In this document: piece after piece, positions 1-11,104 of the stretch | How positions within the stretch are numbered: position 1 is the first letter of the stretch | How the letters are laid out: the number at the start of each line of letters is the position of its first letter | Origin: Plasmodiophora brassicae | Taxonomy: Eukaryota | Reading direction: 5' to 3' | Assembly (NCBI GenBank): GCA_036867785.1 | Contig: CP145420.1 | Coordinates: 558,001-622,000, forward strand | DNA: 64,000 bases | Position numbers and translations under genes: made by a program | Notes under the pieces: model-generated | Databases searched by the model: none | The model's input: the letters and a program-made list of their open reading frames with translations, nothing else | Told to the model about the DNA's origin: nothing

Positions 1-154
1 TCCGCGACAGGCGGCCGTCAGTCGCGGTCCGGGTGCAGTCCCGCAGTTCTTCTGCACCGTTGCTGCAGTTCGCGACTCGCGCGGGTCCTGCGCTGCTGGC
101 ACGGCAATCCGGGAACGAACAACGGAGCTGCATAGAATAGACGACGGATGCGCT

Positions 155-2758
155 TTATCGACGACGGCCGGGGCCCTTGCTGTACGTGATCGGGGCGATG
201 ACGGCGCCGACGCGGCAGGTGACCGCGGGGGCGATCAGGTCGGCGTGCCCGCCGGCCGAGTTCCACTCGCGGCCGATCGGCACCTGCAGGCTGCGCTCGT
301 ACTGCTCCCTGGACGTGAACGGGAACGGCACGCTGCCGACCTTGTACTTGGCCGACTTGCGGTCCACCTTCTCGTTGATGATCACGTGCGACATGGACCC
401 GTCCCGGCGGCGATCCAGCAGCGTCTGCTTCTTGCGCTGGAGCTCGTGGGCGCGCTTTGCGGCGCGTTTACGCGACGCCCGGGAAGCCGTGACGCCATCG
501 CCGGCCCACGACCCCCATCCCGGCATGGTTGCCGGGTGCTCTTGCTCCAGGTCGGGCAGCTCCGATTCGGCAACTGCCGCCTTCTCCGCTGCAAACTCCC
601 GTCCTTCATCGCCGGCCGTCGGGAACGCACGGCGAACCAGCTCGCGACGCTCGGCCGACGCACCATCGTCCAGCAGCACGAACTTGTCGTCGTTGTCATC
701 GTCGTCGTCGTCGGCGCTGACGACCTCGGTGTCCAGTACGACGTCATCGTTGGCCGCCTTACGCTCTCGGGCGGCAATTGCCGACGAGTTCACGTTCAGC
801 CACGGGTTGTCGTCGTCCTGCTGTTTCGACACAGACGACACGGGACCGGCTGTTCGGGAACGGAACGCTGCACCAGATGCCACCGCTACCGACTGCAACG
901 ACGTCCCAGTCGCTTCGAAGCGCTTGTCGGTGGGAGCCGCAGGTTCAGTCGACGACGCTGGTGCCAGACCGCCAAACGTACGACGACCAGAAACGGCGGG
1001 TTTCCCCTCGGCAGGCGCTTCTTTGTCGCTATCATTGTCGTCATCGTCCTCTTCGGCAGCACGCTGAAGCTCCTTGAGCATGGCCTCGGCTTCCGCTTTC
1101 TGCTTCGCGGCGGCCTTGACCATGAACTTGAGACCAAAGACGCCACGTTTGCCTTCGACGGGGACGTCGTCCTTGATCTCCTGGGCCAGCGCCTCGATCT
1201 CCGCGTCGTCATCATTGTCGTCGTCCGACGATCCGGCGCCTTTGACGGATCGAATCCGATCGCGAAGCGCCTCCATGTTACGCTGCTGGTCGGCGACCCG
1301 GGCGCGAACCTCAGGGTCGACGACGCCACCGTGCTTCAGCGCTGATTTCATCCACTTGCTCGTGTTCTTGACGCGCAGGCTCATGCGGGCGTTGATACGC
1401 TCGAGTTCGCGTTTCTCCCTCACCTCATCGTCCTCGCCGTCTTCGTCGTCGCCCTCGTGCTTGGCGCGTTGCTTCTTCAGCATCTTCCTGAACTTCTTCG
1501 ACTTGATCTTCTTGATGCGTTTCGCACGAAGCTCGTGGTAGAACATCAGGGCGCGCATACGCGCGATTTCGGCATGGCGCTTCTCGATCTCCTCGGGCGA
1601 CGCCGAGTCATTCGTCGACAGCAACGGGTCGTCGTTCTTGCAGACGGATCGTTCGTCGAGCTTGTACATCTTGAGGAGTGCATCCAGGTCGGTTTCCAGT
1701 GACGTCGTCGGAGTGAATTTGGCCGTCAGCGACGCCGTCGATTCGACGATCTTGTGGTCTTTGAGCGGGAAGGAAACGCGCGCCGCTTCCCGATTCGCTT
1801 TCACCAGGTGGGTCCACTTGTCCAGCTCCTTGCTCGTGCTCGTAAACGCGACGTTCCGTTCCAGACGCTGACGATGGGCGGGTTCCAGTGGTACGTCAGC
1901 GACCTTCTCGTGGCGGTCCGTGGCGAGTTTATCCAGAGAAGCCTTCATGGACGCGAAGGAGGCCGATGAACGCAGAGGATCGACGAGCGCGTCGATGGAC
2001 AACTTCGCGGACCCATCGTGAACGTCGAACTGGTCGCCTTCTGCAACCGATGACATACGCTCCAGAACGACGTCAGCTTTACGGCGAGTACGCGCCTCGT
2101 CACGACGTGACATTGCCTCAACCATCGACATGACCGCCCTGTGCGCGTCCTCGTTATCGTCAGAATCGCCGTCGCCGTTGCTGAGAATACCATCAATATC
2201 ATCCGTGTTCCCAGTGCCATCGTCACCGTCTTCATCGTCATCGTCCTCCTCGGCATCATCGGACTGTTCCCCATCGTCGTCAGGGACACTGTCCAGTTCG
2301 ACATCGCTGCCGACGTCATCTTCCACGATTTCACTGTCATCCGATGCGCCATCGTCAGCAATGGCAGACGGAGCCTCACAAACGTCCTCATCGGACTCGA
2401 TCAAGTCTGACAGGTCCATCAGCGGAAGACCGGTGCGTTTCGATTCCATTTTCATCTCCTTCTCGATGGTGTCATAGTCAGCGCCCTGCCCGTTCAGCAT
2501 GTCCATCTCATCATCGTCGTCGCTTTCAAACGCCATCTCCTCGTCAATCTCCTCATCGGAGAAATCTGACGGCAGGTCGTATCCGAACTCGCATGTCGGC
2601 ACTGCATCGAGCTCCAGCTCCTCATTGGAGGCGGCAGGCGCCTTGGCCTTGGCGGCCTTGCCCTTCGGCCCCTGCTTCTTGTCGTGCCGGGCACCCATCT
2701 GTCGAAGCAGGTCCGTGACGGACTCCGTGACGGACGCCGTCCCGTTGGGGCTCACCAT
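155..2758 (-). CDS. UTP14: U3 snoRNA-associated protein 14 (SSU processome)
   Basis: 867-aa ORF with acidic N-terminus, KRIKKIKSKKFRK, ERINARMSLRVKNTSKW, MPGWGSWAG, VPFPFTSREQYERSLQVPIGREWN. True start may be MGARHDKK at 2698. Confidence 0.93.
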   Translation of the reverse strand: MVSPNGTASVTESVTDLLRQMGARHDKKQGPKGKAAKAKAPAASNEELELDAVPTCEFGYDLPSDFSDEEIDEEMAFESDDDDEMDMLNGQGADYDTIEKEMKMESKRTGLPLMDLSDLIESDEDVCEAPSAIADDGASDDSEIVEDDVGSDVELDSVPDDDGEQSDDAEEDDDDEDGDDGTGNTDDIDGILSNGDGDSDDNEDAHRAVMSMVEAMSRRDEARTRRKADVVLERMSSVAEGDQFDVHDGSAKLSIDALVDPLRSSASFASMKASLDKLATDRHEKVADVPLEPAHRQRLERNVAFTSTSKELDKWTHLVKANREAARVSFPLKDHKIVESTASLTAKFTPTTSLETDLDALLKMYKLDERSVCKNDDPLLSTNDSASPEEIEKRHAEIARMRALMFYHELRAKRIKKIKSKKFRKMLKKQRAKHEGDDEDGEDDEVREKRELERINARMSLRVKNTSKWMKSALKHGGVVDPEVRARVADQQRNMEALRDRIRSVKGAGSSDDDNDDDAEIEALAQEIKDDVPVEGKRGVFGLKFMVKAAAKQKAEAEAMLKELQRAAEEDDDDNDSDKEAPAEGKPAVSGRRTFGGLAPASSTEPAAPTDKRFEATGTSLQSVAVASGAAFRSRTAGPVSSVSKQQDDDNPWLNVNSSAIAARERKAANDDVVLDTEVVSADDDDDDNDDKFVLLDDGASAERRELVRRAFPTAGDEGREFAAEKAAVAESELPDLEQEHPATMPGWGSWAGDGVTASRASRKRAAKRAHELQRKKQTLLDRRRDGSMSHVIINEKVDRKSAKYKVGSVPFPFTSREQYERSLQVPIGREWNSAGGHADLIAPAVTCRVGAVIAPITYSKGPGRRR

Positions 2759-2769
2759 CGTCGGTCACC

Positions 2770-3647
2770 ATGACGAGTGACCACCGCGAAGAGCCGGACA
2801 GCGGCACGAACGACGTGCTGGCGGCGTTGACGAAGACGGTGTCGTCGCTGCAGGCATCGATGAACGCGACCTGCTCGCAGCTTGCGACAAGTATGACGGC
2901 CAGCTTGCAGATGATGGCCGGGATGAATTCGTTCATGGAGCATTACGTGCAGAAATCGCTACGCGTGCAATCCCGTATTGAACCGTCACCCGCCACCATC
3001 TTCATTACAATGTCGAATTGCAGTGCGGTCCCCATGGCTGACGTCTCCGTGTCGTTGGCGTTGAACGATGTTCATGGCGGCGATTCCGTCTCGTTTACGT
3101 TGGAAGGCGATGAAGGGTTTGAAATGAACGGATTGTCTTGGTGCATTCACAAGGTCCAGCTCACGCCAGGCGAGACTCGGCAATTCAGTCTACGCCCAAG
3201 AGGTATGCCACTTGCACAGTACAATGGCGACATCCGCATCACGATGCCCAGTCCAGGGACAGGTAACTCGGCAGCATGCTCGCAGGCCTTGCACCTCGGC
3301 TGAGGCGAATTCCTTCAGGAAGGGACCTTCTGGTGGTTCACTCATTTGGCCTGCACGTTGTCCACCAATGCTCAACGTCGTGGTCGTTGGACTGGATGCC
3401 GGACACGGCCGCTGCTTGTGACGGCCAAGTCAAGGCGTCGTTGTTAAGGTCGTTCTTCCGTGTCCCAGACACAATCGGGGTCGCGCCAGCGTCGTCGTTT
3501 GCCCTGGGAGCTGCCGATTCCAAGTTGACCCTCCTCGTCACCGATCTCTGCGAAGATGGTGCCGCCGTCAGAGTCGCCTGCTTCGGCAGGCTTGACGGGG
3601 TTGATGCAGAGACCATCATCGACGAGTTCCATCGGCTGGCGTTGTAG
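2770..3647 (+). CDS. Hypothetical protein, 2 exons
   Basis: ORF 2770-3303 joined to ORF 3276-3647 by a GTAACT...TTCAG intron (~3263-3318), giving PSPGTG-RDLLVVHSF. No family recognised. Confidence 0.6.
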
Positions 3648-3709
3648 CATCGTTATATATGTTGTCGTTTCTTGATCCTACTGTTGGCGTCTCGAACGCT
3701 ATCGCGCGC

Positions 3710-5418
3710 CTAGTGAACGTGGTCGCCGAGTTTATGAAGTTCGGACGACTGACGAGAGACCTCTATTGTGCCGAACACGCGCTTCGTAACGGTAGCAATA
3801 TCACGTTGCAGGCTCCGGCGAAGCAGAATGCAGGACGCCAGACAGAGCGCGGCAAGCATATAGAATGATGCGTTCCATCCGAACGAGTCGCTGAAAGCAG
3901 CGATCGCGTACTGGCCAACAGCAGCGCCGAGCGCCCCCGTGCCGTCAACAACGCCAGCAACCGTCGCTGTTAGAGCGGCGGTAAGTTCAACGGGATACAG
4001 GACCAGGCAGCAACGCAGGCACCCATTGCGTTCTCGCTCTGCTGCACGGTTGGATGGCTGCCCAAGTCAGCCGATATTGCCGAGGATATCAGCGCCGATG
4101 GACCGTTGATCAGGGCGCCGTTGACTGCGAGCAGTACCGCCAGCATCCCCCACGACGGAGTCGTTGCCGTCAGCATCGCCAGAGCCACCGATGCGAATGC
4201 CATTGAAACAACACACGGCAGGCAGCGCAGGCGTGCTCGGTCAGAGACAAACCCTAACCGAGACCAGGCTCGTAAGCCGATGGTACGATGACGACCACAC
4301 GACCATCCGACAAACCGATCAGGACGCCGCCAGTGATGGCGCCGATGTCGTACCATGACGATAAGAGGGACGCATCCGCATCCGCGAAGTGAAGTTCGCT
4401 GCTCAGCCAGAAGCTGATCCAGAACATGGCCGAGTAGTTGACGTTCCTGGACGTTGGTAAGAACCCGAACGCGACGATACGATATCCGCGTCGTACTTAA
4501 TGCAAGCGTACGCCAGCGAGTACTCCACAACGCCTGCGTCCCGGTTCAGGGGGGAGGCGCGCATGATGGCGCCCCTCTTTACCTGGAATTTGCAGCGCCC
4601 TCCATACCCCAATCCCCTTCGTGGCCATGACAGGCTTGATAATGATCGGGTCCCTTTCATCGGGGTTGCTCGGCGACGCCGACGGCGTCGATCGCAGGTA
4701 CCGCCATACGACGAAGGCGACCCCCATCGTGAACACACTCGGTACCGCCAGCGTCGCCTACGACTCTCGTTGCCCACATGTGTCCGGGACGCCAGCGGTG
4801 TGCCCGTACCTGGATGGAGAGCCCAGACGACTGTGCCGCACCAGTGAACATGCCACCGAGCAGGTTGCCCACGTTGCCATTCACCGACCTGCAACGCAAG
4901 CGCTCCTCTCAACGCACTGGTTCTCGTAGCGACCGCATGCCAGCACCGTACCATACGCCCATGATGCTGCCTCGGGACGCCTCCGGGAAATGGGCGGCCA
5001 TGATCGCGACCGCGTTCGGCCAGACGGTCGACTGCGCCAACCCGTTCAGCGCCATCAGCGCGACGACGACCAGGTGCGCTCCGAGGCTTCCGGCCAGCCC
5101 GATCGCCATCACGATGAACGTGCTGGCCAGTAGCCCGCCCAGCAGCACCGTCTTGGGCGACGTCGCGTCGCCCAGCGCGCCGCTCGCGTACAACCCGGCC
5201 TGGGGCGCGTTTAGCCGACGCCAGCGACGACACGACGATGCGCTACATACCGCATAGGTCAGCATGAAGGTCGTGTCCAGGACGCTGAGCGCATCGGGCG
5301 TCATGTGCCAGTCGGCGACGGCGGCCGACTTCACGTTCGTGTACGCCTTGCGTTCGGCATGGAGGGCGACGTACGCCAGGAAGGTGAGCGCGAAGGCCAG
5401 GGAGGGCGCCGATCGCAT
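3710..5418 (-). CDS. MFS sugar-phosphate/glycerol-3-phosphate transporter (SLC37/GlpT-like), multi-exon
   Basis: Spliced segments LTFLAYVALHAERKAY, GLAQSTVWPNAVAIMAAHF..RGSIMGVW, GNVGNLLG, INGPSALISSAISADLG, ATVAGVVDGTGALGAAVGQY. Stop at 3710-3712. Confidence 0.88.
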
Positions 5419-5593
5419 CACAGATATCGTATCGGCCGAGGACGCGCGCGCTGACCTCCGATCCTTATTTCGATCGGGCCACGTCGGCGGGCGCGCCCGT
5501 CTGTGCCGTGACGCGCGCCTCCGCCCCTTGGTGGACGTCTGGCGGACACCAGCCTCACAGGGAAACGCCCCACACACCCGTCGCAGCCTCGTG

Positions 5594-6105
5594 ATGTCCA
5601 GCAAGGACTCGTCGTCGTCCAGCGACGACAGCACGTCGAAGCGACACCTGGCGTCCGATGACGACGGCGCCGACCTGGCCAGGAAGCACAAGAAGGCGAG
5701 GGCCTGGACGCGGGCCTGGCAGACTGTCCCGACGGCGTCGGGCGAGATGAGGATCCTGGCCTGGGCATCAGGTCTGTGCGATGTGGTCAGCGCTCCCCGA
5801 TCAGCGCCCCGCCCCCTGACGTTTCGATAGCCGAACCCAGGGCAGCCGAGTACCGGCTGTCGTGCCAGGAGTGCTCGAAGAAGTTCGACGATGCCGCCGC
5901 CCTGAAGCGCCACGTGCGCACGCACCTGGGCAAGTCGAGGAACGTTTGCCCGGTGTGCCAGAAGGGCTTCCCGGACGCGTCCAAGCTCAGACGGCACCAG
6001 ACGTCGCTCAAGCACGACGCGCCGAGCCGGCCGTCCATTCTGGAAGAGGAACTATCGCAGATCGCAACGATGAAGAGCGTTAGCACGGCTGTCGTTGCCG
6101 AATAA
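5594..6105 (+). CDS. Two-finger C2H2 zinc-finger protein, YY1/Iec1-like
   Basis: Exon 1 has WTRAWQTVPTASGEMRILAW; intron ~5772-5830; exon 2 has CQECSKKFDDAAALKRHVRTH and CPVCQKGFPDASKLRRHQTSLKH. Confidence 0.75.
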
Positions 6106-6252
6106 AATAGCAATGTACAAACCCAATACCCGGGTGTCGCACAGCAGCGATGTGTATTTCGGCGCGCGCCACCAGTCGCGATATTAGTAGACGGAAGAGA
6201 GTGTACATACTGGATCGCGCGCGCCCATTTCGATTGGCGAAGGACCCTGGCG

Positions 6253-7143
6253 TCAGAAGAACATGCCGAACGGGTGCGGATTGCCCGGGTACTCCTTCGC
6301 CAGCATCGCGACGTACTCGGAGTCGAAATACGAACGGTTGCACTTGCGACGAACGGCCTCGCCGGGATGGCAATCTATTGACAGCGGCAATCAGCGGGCC
6401 TGGAATTCGGCGGAGACGACGCGGACGGGGGCGTACAGTTGCAACGACTCTGCTGCGACGTCGTGTACGAACAGCAGCGAACCCCGATGCGAACAGGCTC
6501 GTCGCACAGCTTGCTCTTGTACTCGCTGCGGCGAAGGCGCTCCCGCAGCTCCGACTCACCTACAGCGACCGCTTTAGGTCTGGCATTGTCACGAACTGGC
6601 GAATGCGGGGTACCATGGGCAAAGTTGCACGCGTCGCCGTACTGGCAATGGTATGCGGGAGGGCCCCAGTTCCGGCACAGTTCCGTCTTGAACAGGTGCT
6701 CGTCGTTGTCCACGCGATTGTCGCGGTCGTTGCCGTTGCTGTCTTCCGATGGCGTCTGCAGTCGGTTGCACATTGCCTGGTTCAGCTTCTACAAACGCCC
6801 TCACAGACCTATACCGACATACCCGTTCATCCCAGACCAGCTCTACTTGATGGCTCTGTGTCGACGGCGGCGACGACGACGGCGAGATGCGGTCCAGTAA
6901 CGCCGTGCCATCTTCCCGCTTGACCGGCAGAGGCGACGGTGGAAACAACTGGTGCGGCCAGATCGACTCCTCGGGCGGCGCCGGCGACCGCGACCAGGTC
7001 GACAGCGGCAGGCCCACGAGGAGCGGCGGCGTCTGCACGATCCCGGACAGCCATGGCCCGCGGTACGACGGCGCCGACGACCGCGTCGCCCGCGTGCTCC
7101 ACGACAGCGCCTGCGGCGTCACACCACTCGCCGACGACGACAT
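6253..7143 (-). CDS. Tandem CCCH zinc-finger RNA-binding protein (TTP/ZFP36-like), multi-exon
   Basis: FKTELCRNW..CQYGDACNFAHG and a second atypical finger YKSKLC..C..CNYCH after splicing three short introns. Confidence 0.8.
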
Positions 7144-7421
7144 TGACGACGTTGGTCTTCTTCGCCCGCGCTCGCTGCCCGAAACTGCACACTTTCGGAA
7201 TGCAGTTCCTCCCGTCGGGCGATATAATTTTAACCCCCCTAAGCCAAACCCGCCCGCGGTGCAGAGCAACGGACGCACTGTACCACTCGGCACTGACGGG
7301 GGCGCCGTGGCCCGTTTTGCGCGGGGCTGCTGTGTCGAAATCATCGCCCATGTCATGTGTGGGTGCTATAAATAGTTGGGGTACTAAACCACATTTCCAG
7401 CTGGCTGCGTTTATCAATGTC

Positions 7422-8438
7422 CTACTGTGGGGCAGCGTCGCTGCCGGCGCTGGCGGCGCTGTTGGCGAGGTTGGCGGCGGTGGCGCCGAGGTGGTCGAGC
7501 AGGTTCTGATGCCGGCGCATCCAGATGACGAGCTTGGCGACCTGAACGTCGGACAGGACCTTGTTGAGGATGTGCTCGCGGAACGACTTGACAACGTTCA
7601 TGGAGTGGGCCATGGAGGCGCGCTGCTGTTCGAGCTCGGCAATGAGAGCGGCGGCGCGCTGGGTCTGCTCGAACGCGGCCTGGAAGCTGTCAAAGTACTT
7701 GACACGCGAGCTGATGATCTCCTGGTACTGCGCCTGGGTCATGCCAATGTCCTCGCAGACCTTGTCGTTGACCTTCGACGTGATCTTTAGCATCAGGTCG
7801 CGGTGCTCGTCGTCCCCGACCATGCTCGACGGGTCGGCCGCCTTGAACATCCACAGAACGATGCTGTTCAGGTGCGCATGGTCCAGGGCCGTGTTCATCG
7901 CCTCTGCCGCCTGCGTGTTCACGGTGACGATCATGTCGGAGACGGACGAATACGCCTGCAGGCACGGGCCGATGGCGCTCTCCATGGAGCCGTCCCCTTG
8001 TGCCAGGGCGTCCAGACCGGCCTGGAGCTTGTCCAGGAGCTCGTCACGTTCCCGCAGCAGGCCCTGGACGTTCGAGCATTTCAACTGCTCTCGCAGCGAT
8101 TCGTTCTCGCGCTCCAGGATCGCCGTTCTACTCTCGAGGTCCTCGACGCGGGACTGTTTCCGCTGTCGGGATCGTCGTGCCGCCTCCCGCTCCCGTTTGC
8201 GACGACGCTCGACCTTCTCTAACGATTCCGGCTGTCGGCGACGTGGCGGCCGGATGCCGATCGGGGCCGACAGGCCCATGTTCGGCCCTGCCGACCTCAT
8301 CATCAGCTCTTGGTTGGCGGCGACCGCCCGTTGCTGCTGTTGCTGCTGCTGGGCGGTCAACGAGGCCACATAGTCATGGGGGAGGCCGCCATGGACGATT
8401 CCGAGCTCGCTGGATATCAGGTCGAACGGGTTCGCCAT
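7422..8438 (-). CDS. bZIP transcription factor
   Basis: Basic region RRRKREREAARRSRQRK plus zipper VEDLESRTAILERENESLREQL, poly-Q and helical C-terminus. ATG at 8438. Confidence 0.85.
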   Translation of the reverse strand: MANPFDLISSELGIVHGGLPHDYVASLTAQQQQQQQRAVAANQELMMRSAGPNMGLSAPIGIRPPRRRQPESLEKVERRRKREREAARRSRQRKQSRVEDLESRTAILERENESLREQLKCSNVQGLLRERDELLDKLQAGLDALAQGDGSMESAIGPCLQAYSSVSDMIVTVNTQAAEAMNTALDHAHLNSIVLWMFKAADPSSMVGDDEHRDLMLKITSKVNDKVCEDIGMTQAQYQEIISSRVKYFDSFQAAFEQTQRAAALIAELEQQRASMAHSMNVVKSFREHILNKVLSDVQVAKLVIWMRRHQNLLDHLGATAANLANSAASAGSDAAPQ

Positions 8439-8667
8439 CGCCGCTGAGTCACGTCGACGTGACCAACGACGAGCGTGACGACGGCGAGCTAATGTGCACA
8501 AGGGCAGAGGCGCGCGCACGCTTGTATGATATTCCAGGTCGATTGGCAGGGGCGCGTGCCCTGCCTAACGGCACTGGGGATCTTCACACCGGGTAACCTG
8601 GGCCGTCACCGATGAAACAATGTTCCCGACCCCAGTATTGGTTTATGCATTGTGTGCGCCGTCTGCC

Positions 8668-10413
8668 TCAGAGGAACACGTGGCTGATGCCGGCGGCGAG
8701 GACATCGTCAATCGTGACCTCTTCGTAGTCGCCATCGTCGGCGTCGCTGTCGTGGACGACCTTGGCCCAGGTCTGCTTGGTCCCATTGGCCTCGGCTGCC
8801 TTGGCCCGCGCTTCCCGTCGTTGCTTCTTCTTCAATCTCCGCTTTTCAGAACGCGATAATCGCAATTGGAAAGGCTCAACTGTCGTGCTGTCAATGTTCT
8901 CAACCGATTGGGATCGCGACGTCAATGCCACGATCTGTCCCGCGTCTGCTTCCGACGTCAGTATTGTCATGCTCTCGGCCGGGGTGGGCCAATCTCCACC
9001 GGTCAGTGAATGGCATCGTGGACGGTGCGCTTCCTCATCTCGTACCCCGCCTTGATTCCAAGGTATTCCCATGTCAAAGACTGGCGTCGAAACACTGCTC
9101 GAACCGTGCATACCGGCAGCAACGTCGCCTGCATCACCTTGGACGGTGGGCGTTTCAGGAACCTTCCGCAAATCAGGGCCTTCACTGCATATCTGGTCCC
9201 GAGCAGTAGATGGGTCAGTCGACGGGTCTGGAATCCTGCCCACCAGGGCGGCGCTCTCGTCGTCGTGTAGAACGGCACAAGCGGCTGGGGTGCCTAGCGC
9301 GACGGGGTTCGTGTCGAGCGGGTGACGTGATGAATCTGGGGCGGCGCCAGCGTGCGACTCCTCGACGGCCACTCTCGGCTCGATGACCGGATCCGCCCCG
9401 TGCTTGCCGCCACGTGTTTCCACATCCAAACGTTTCCACATCCTGGTATCGTCACTACTGGACGCCCTGTCTGCTGGTGGACCCTGTTCATCGTTGCCCG
9501 GCATGTCAGGTTCGCAAGCAGGGCCAGGGGCGGGATCAGACGGGCACAGGTCGCCATCAGCCGTCAATGTCAGCGCAGGTTCACCTCCAGAGCCGCCGCT
9601 CCCGACCACATCCTGCTCAGCGAGGATCGATTCGCACGCCGCATCGACGATACCGCCACAGAAATCGAGCACGAACCGGATCCGGTCGACATCCGGGCAC
9701 GACGTGCGATCCATGACCTCGTGGACCTTGCCGGCCAGCATCATCTCGCGGATGCCCTGGCTTGGTCGGCAACTGCCATAGTGCCTGCCCTCGTGGTACG
9801 ACAGGTGAATCGTTTTCGCACCGGGCGCTGGGGACTTGAGGATCAGAGCTTTCGGGTCCTTCAGCTGGTGGACGACGATAGAGATTTGGTAGTGCTGCAT
9901 AGCGGCCAGCAGCTCTGGCTGGCCGCCCCATTCGCCCATCTTTCGCATGCGGGTGCAGTACTCCTCGAGCGTTTCCTTGCCTATGAACCCGGCGAACGCC
10001 TCGCCGTGCACCTCGATGTACGACGTGATATCGTGGCGAGTCTTCCTCACCGTCACTGGCGGCTTGTGATCCGGGATAATGTTCAGCTGGTCTGCGATGG
10101 CGCTGAACAAACAGCTGCCGTCCCCGGCGACATCCTTGATACGCAGGCGAAGCATGGCCACCTGTCGTTGAATTGCTTTCAGGTCCAGTTCGCGCTGTTC
10201 GGCTGAGAGATCTTCCGCCGCCGACTCTTCCCTTTCGTGCGACGCAGCCTGCTGCTGATCCCGCGCCGTCGTTGGCAGCGTCATATATCGTCGGCGCTGC
10301 CGTTCCTGTTTCTTGCGTTGCTTCTCCTGCCTGTTGGGCGGCTTCTGCTGCCTGTCGGCCTGCTTCTGCTGGGCATAGCCAGCACCGGAGCATTGCTTGT
10401 TGTTGGGTCCCAT
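8668..10413 (-). CDS. OTU-domain deubiquitinase (OTUD3-like)
   Basis: GDGSCLFSAIADQL, WGGQPELLA, IHLSYHEGRHYGS, followed by a CUE/UBA-like segment. Confidence 0.88.
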   Translation of the reverse strand: MGPNNKQCSGAGYAQQKQADRQQKPPNRQEKQRKKQERQRRRYMTLPTTARDQQQAASHEREESAAEDLSAEQRELDLKAIQRQVAMLRLRIKDVAGDGSCLFSAIADQLNIIPDHKPPVTVRKTRHDITSYIEVHGEAFAGFIGKETLEEYCTRMRKMGEWGGQPELLAAMQHYQISIVVHQLKDPKALILKSPAPGAKTIHLSYHEGRHYGSCRPSQGIREMMLAGKVHEVMDRTSCPDVDRIRFVLDFCGGIVDAACESILAEQDVVGSGGSGGEPALTLTADGDLCPSDPAPGPACEPDMPGNDEQGPPADRASSSDDTRMWKRLDVETRGGKHGADPVIEPRVAVEESHAGAAPDSSRHPLDTNPVALGTPAACAVLHDDESAALVGRIPDPSTDPSTARDQICSEGPDLRKVPETPTVQGDAGDVAAGMHGSSSVSTPVFDMGIPWNQGGVRDEEAHRPRCHSLTGGDWPTPAESMTILTSEADAGQIVALTSRSQSVENIDSTTVEPFQLRLSRSEKRRLKKKQRREARAKAAEANGTKQTWAKVVHDSDADDGDYEEVTIDDVLAAGISHVFL

Positions 10414-11104
10414 GACACCGGCTTACTGGGCTACCATGGACACGATGCAGGTCACCTCCGACGGCGATGAATGAGTGGCCGGACCGAGGTCCGATGTTCG
10501 CGTGGGCGAAACGCAGGCGAAAAGGCTATCTATCGCCTTGGCTTTAGATACATGGACTAGGTAGTACAGTGGATCGAACGGGTCTGTGACGGGCTGATTG
10601 TCGGCTTGAGCCCATTGGCGATTCGGCGCCAGCCCCCCCTGGGAGATCAGCCGCCGGATACCCGGGGGCAGGTGGCGCGTGCTGTCGGGCCACGTCACTG
10701 TCTATATCTGCGAAGATGTTCCCCATGCACGTCGTCAGGTTCAGGTCCGACCGCAAAGCGTCCGATGGCGCCGGGCGCGCCACCGACGATCCCACATCGG
10801 GGCCCGACCACGATCACGCGGACAAGACGTCATCCCGTCCCCGTTTCCCCAGCGACGCCGGCGCTCCCAACAACAGCGACAACTCAAAAAACACAGACTC
10901 AGCATAAACCACATTCCTCCCGACAAATGCTCCCGCATGTCGTGTATCGATAGGCCGACATGATTCGCCTGGTCGTTCATCGTTGCTTGGCGGAAGCGTG
11001 ACGGAAGCGGATGAGCCGGGGGAAGCGTGGCAGGAAAATGCGTGACGGGGTTTGTCCGTGGTGTCGGCAGCTCCAAGCCTGTCATTCGGCAAGTGGGGCC
11101 GATC

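Noticed and set aside
177-2780. Plus-strand ORFs opposite UTP14, and similar antisense ORFs elsewhere (e.g. 30799-32322, 44398-45297)
   Set aside because: Shadow frames of GC-rich coding sequence or alternative frames of real genes.
10423-10963. Short ORFs between the OTU gene and RPB2
   Set aside because: No motif or consistent splice model; probably UTR/promoter.
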